From an uncultured Gemmatimonadales bacterium (lineage in GTDB: Bacteria > Gemmatimonadota > Gemmatimonadetes > Palauibacterales > Palauibacteraceae), in assembly GCA_963783385.1 (NCBI GenBank), contig CAWANJ010000002.1, forward strand, positions 32,001 to 96,000: a stretch of 64,000 bases of DNA. The letters are read 5' to 3'. The notes under the pieces were generated by a model, which worked only from the letters and a program-made list of their open reading frames with translations, had not been told where the DNA came from and did not search any database. Positions 62,959-64,000 of the stretch are shown in pieces; the stretch's first letter is position 1; every line of letters starts with the position of its first letter. Both the position numbers and the translations under genes were made by a program.

Positions 62959-63682
62959 ACTGGCGGGACTGGCGGGGCGCACGCGGCGCGCCGCCGCGCT
63001 CGCACGCAGCCAGGATCTTCCCTCGGCGGAGCACCTGTTTCGGCCCCCAGGCGGCAAGCTGTTCGAGGAGGTTTCGCAGCCTGCGCAGCTCCCCCCGGAA
63101 CTCCTTCGCCCGGCGTACCTGCTCCAGAAGCTCCCGGAGGGCTTCGACGCGGCCACGGAGCAGGGACCCGGCCAGCGCCCTGAGCACCGGAGCGACCTCG
63201 TCCCGGCCCCAGTAGTAGTGCGGCAGCGCCTCCACGTCCCTGGCCCGCCACCAGCGCTCCAGGCCCGGACCAGCGCCCCGGCGGAAGTAGTAGCGCTCCT
63301 TGATCGTACCGCGGACCTTGCCGACCGGCTCCCGGTCCTCGATGAACGAGGCCGTGACCGGGTCCCGCGACAGGCTTTCGCGCAGGGCTTCCAGCGGACG
63401 ATGGCGCCACGTTCGGCCCCTCGGCATGGACGCCGACCGCCCGGTCTCCGTCGAACACGACCTCCGTGACCCGCGTTCGGTCCCGCAGCTCGGCGCCCGC
63501 CTCGACCGCCGTCCGCTGCAGGATCCCGTCAAGCCGCTCGCGTCGCGGGCAGCACTCGACGCGTCCCTCGCCGAAGCCGGTGTCCACGCAGGCGTCACCC
63601 TTGCCGATGCGGGCGCGCCGGGCCAGGCGCACCTCCGCCAGCACGTCCCCGGCCACCCCCAGCTCGGCGAGCATGTCGAAGT
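62955..63682 (-). pseudogene. internally deleted FAD-dependent oxidoreductase remnant
   Basis: CPRRERLDGIL...AVEAGAE and YFRRGAGPG pieces; GxGxxG, ADG and GDA motifs missing. Confidence 0.7.
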
Positions 63683-63945
63683 GGTGAGCACGGCAGCCGC
63701 CTCCAGGCGGCTCGTCAGCTCGCCGTCAACTTGAGGCTGACTAGTTCGACCGCGGGATCCGGACGGTGAGCTGACGGGCCTGGCTGTCGTAGACGGAATC
63801 GGGGTCCTGCATGAGGGCACCGCTTGCGGGGGTGCAGCCTGCGCCGTCGTCAGCGCGAGAAGCAGTGGAACCAGCACGTATGGACATCCAGAGCTCAGAG
63901 TGAGCGCTACAGGCTGCCGGGAGGCGCCCGAACGTCAAGGGAAGA
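63683..63945 (-). repeat. copy 2, decayed 5' fragment and upstream region of the DUF5916 gene
   Basis: MLVPLLL.L..AQAAPP, DSVYD..ARQL.VRIPR, VDGEL, AAVLT with indels; shared gagcgctacaggctg and gtcaagggaaga. Confidence 0.85.
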
Positions 63946-64000
63946 CGCCGTCGCCGGCGCGCGACCCGGGCTCCGGGACCCATGCTGCCAGTTCCTGCAA

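Noticed and set aside
1-64000. CRISPR arrays, rRNA or tRNA genes
   Set aside because: No regularly spaced repeats or recognisable RNA gene sequence were seen on reading; a covariance-model scan could not be run.

Overview
Very GC-rich bacterial chromosomal segment. The gene families (VPS10/BNR glycosyl hydrolases, a DUF5916 protein, carboxypeptidase-regulatory-domain proteins, many exported peptidases) suggest Gemmatimonadota or a similar lineage; this is inference. The window opens with an amidase-pyrK-pyrD-pyrF operon, followed by housekeeping genes, transporters and many peptidases (M20, M1, S12-like, S9A, S9B, S41). Many genes carry single-base frameshifts, probably long-read indel errors. 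I found no rRNA, tRNA, CRISPR array, integrase or transposase. The most notable part is 27.35-37.43 kb, between a convergent S9B peptidase gene and a VPS10 glycosyl hydrolase gene. It holds two different lower-GC cassettes separated by back-to-back, mostly synonymously diverged copies of the 3' ends of both flanking genes. Cassette A encodes a G1-like peptidase lipoprotein, a small lipoprotein carrying a gap-free copy of that peptidase's putative propeptide (candidate cognate inhibitor), and a divergent ECF sigma / anti-sigma / TonB-receptor triad. Cassette B encodes a small peptide, a 6-bladed beta-propeller and a carboxypeptidase-regulatory-domain protein. A second integrase-free insert, bounded by a duplicated gene 5' end, lies at 61.7-63.9 kb.
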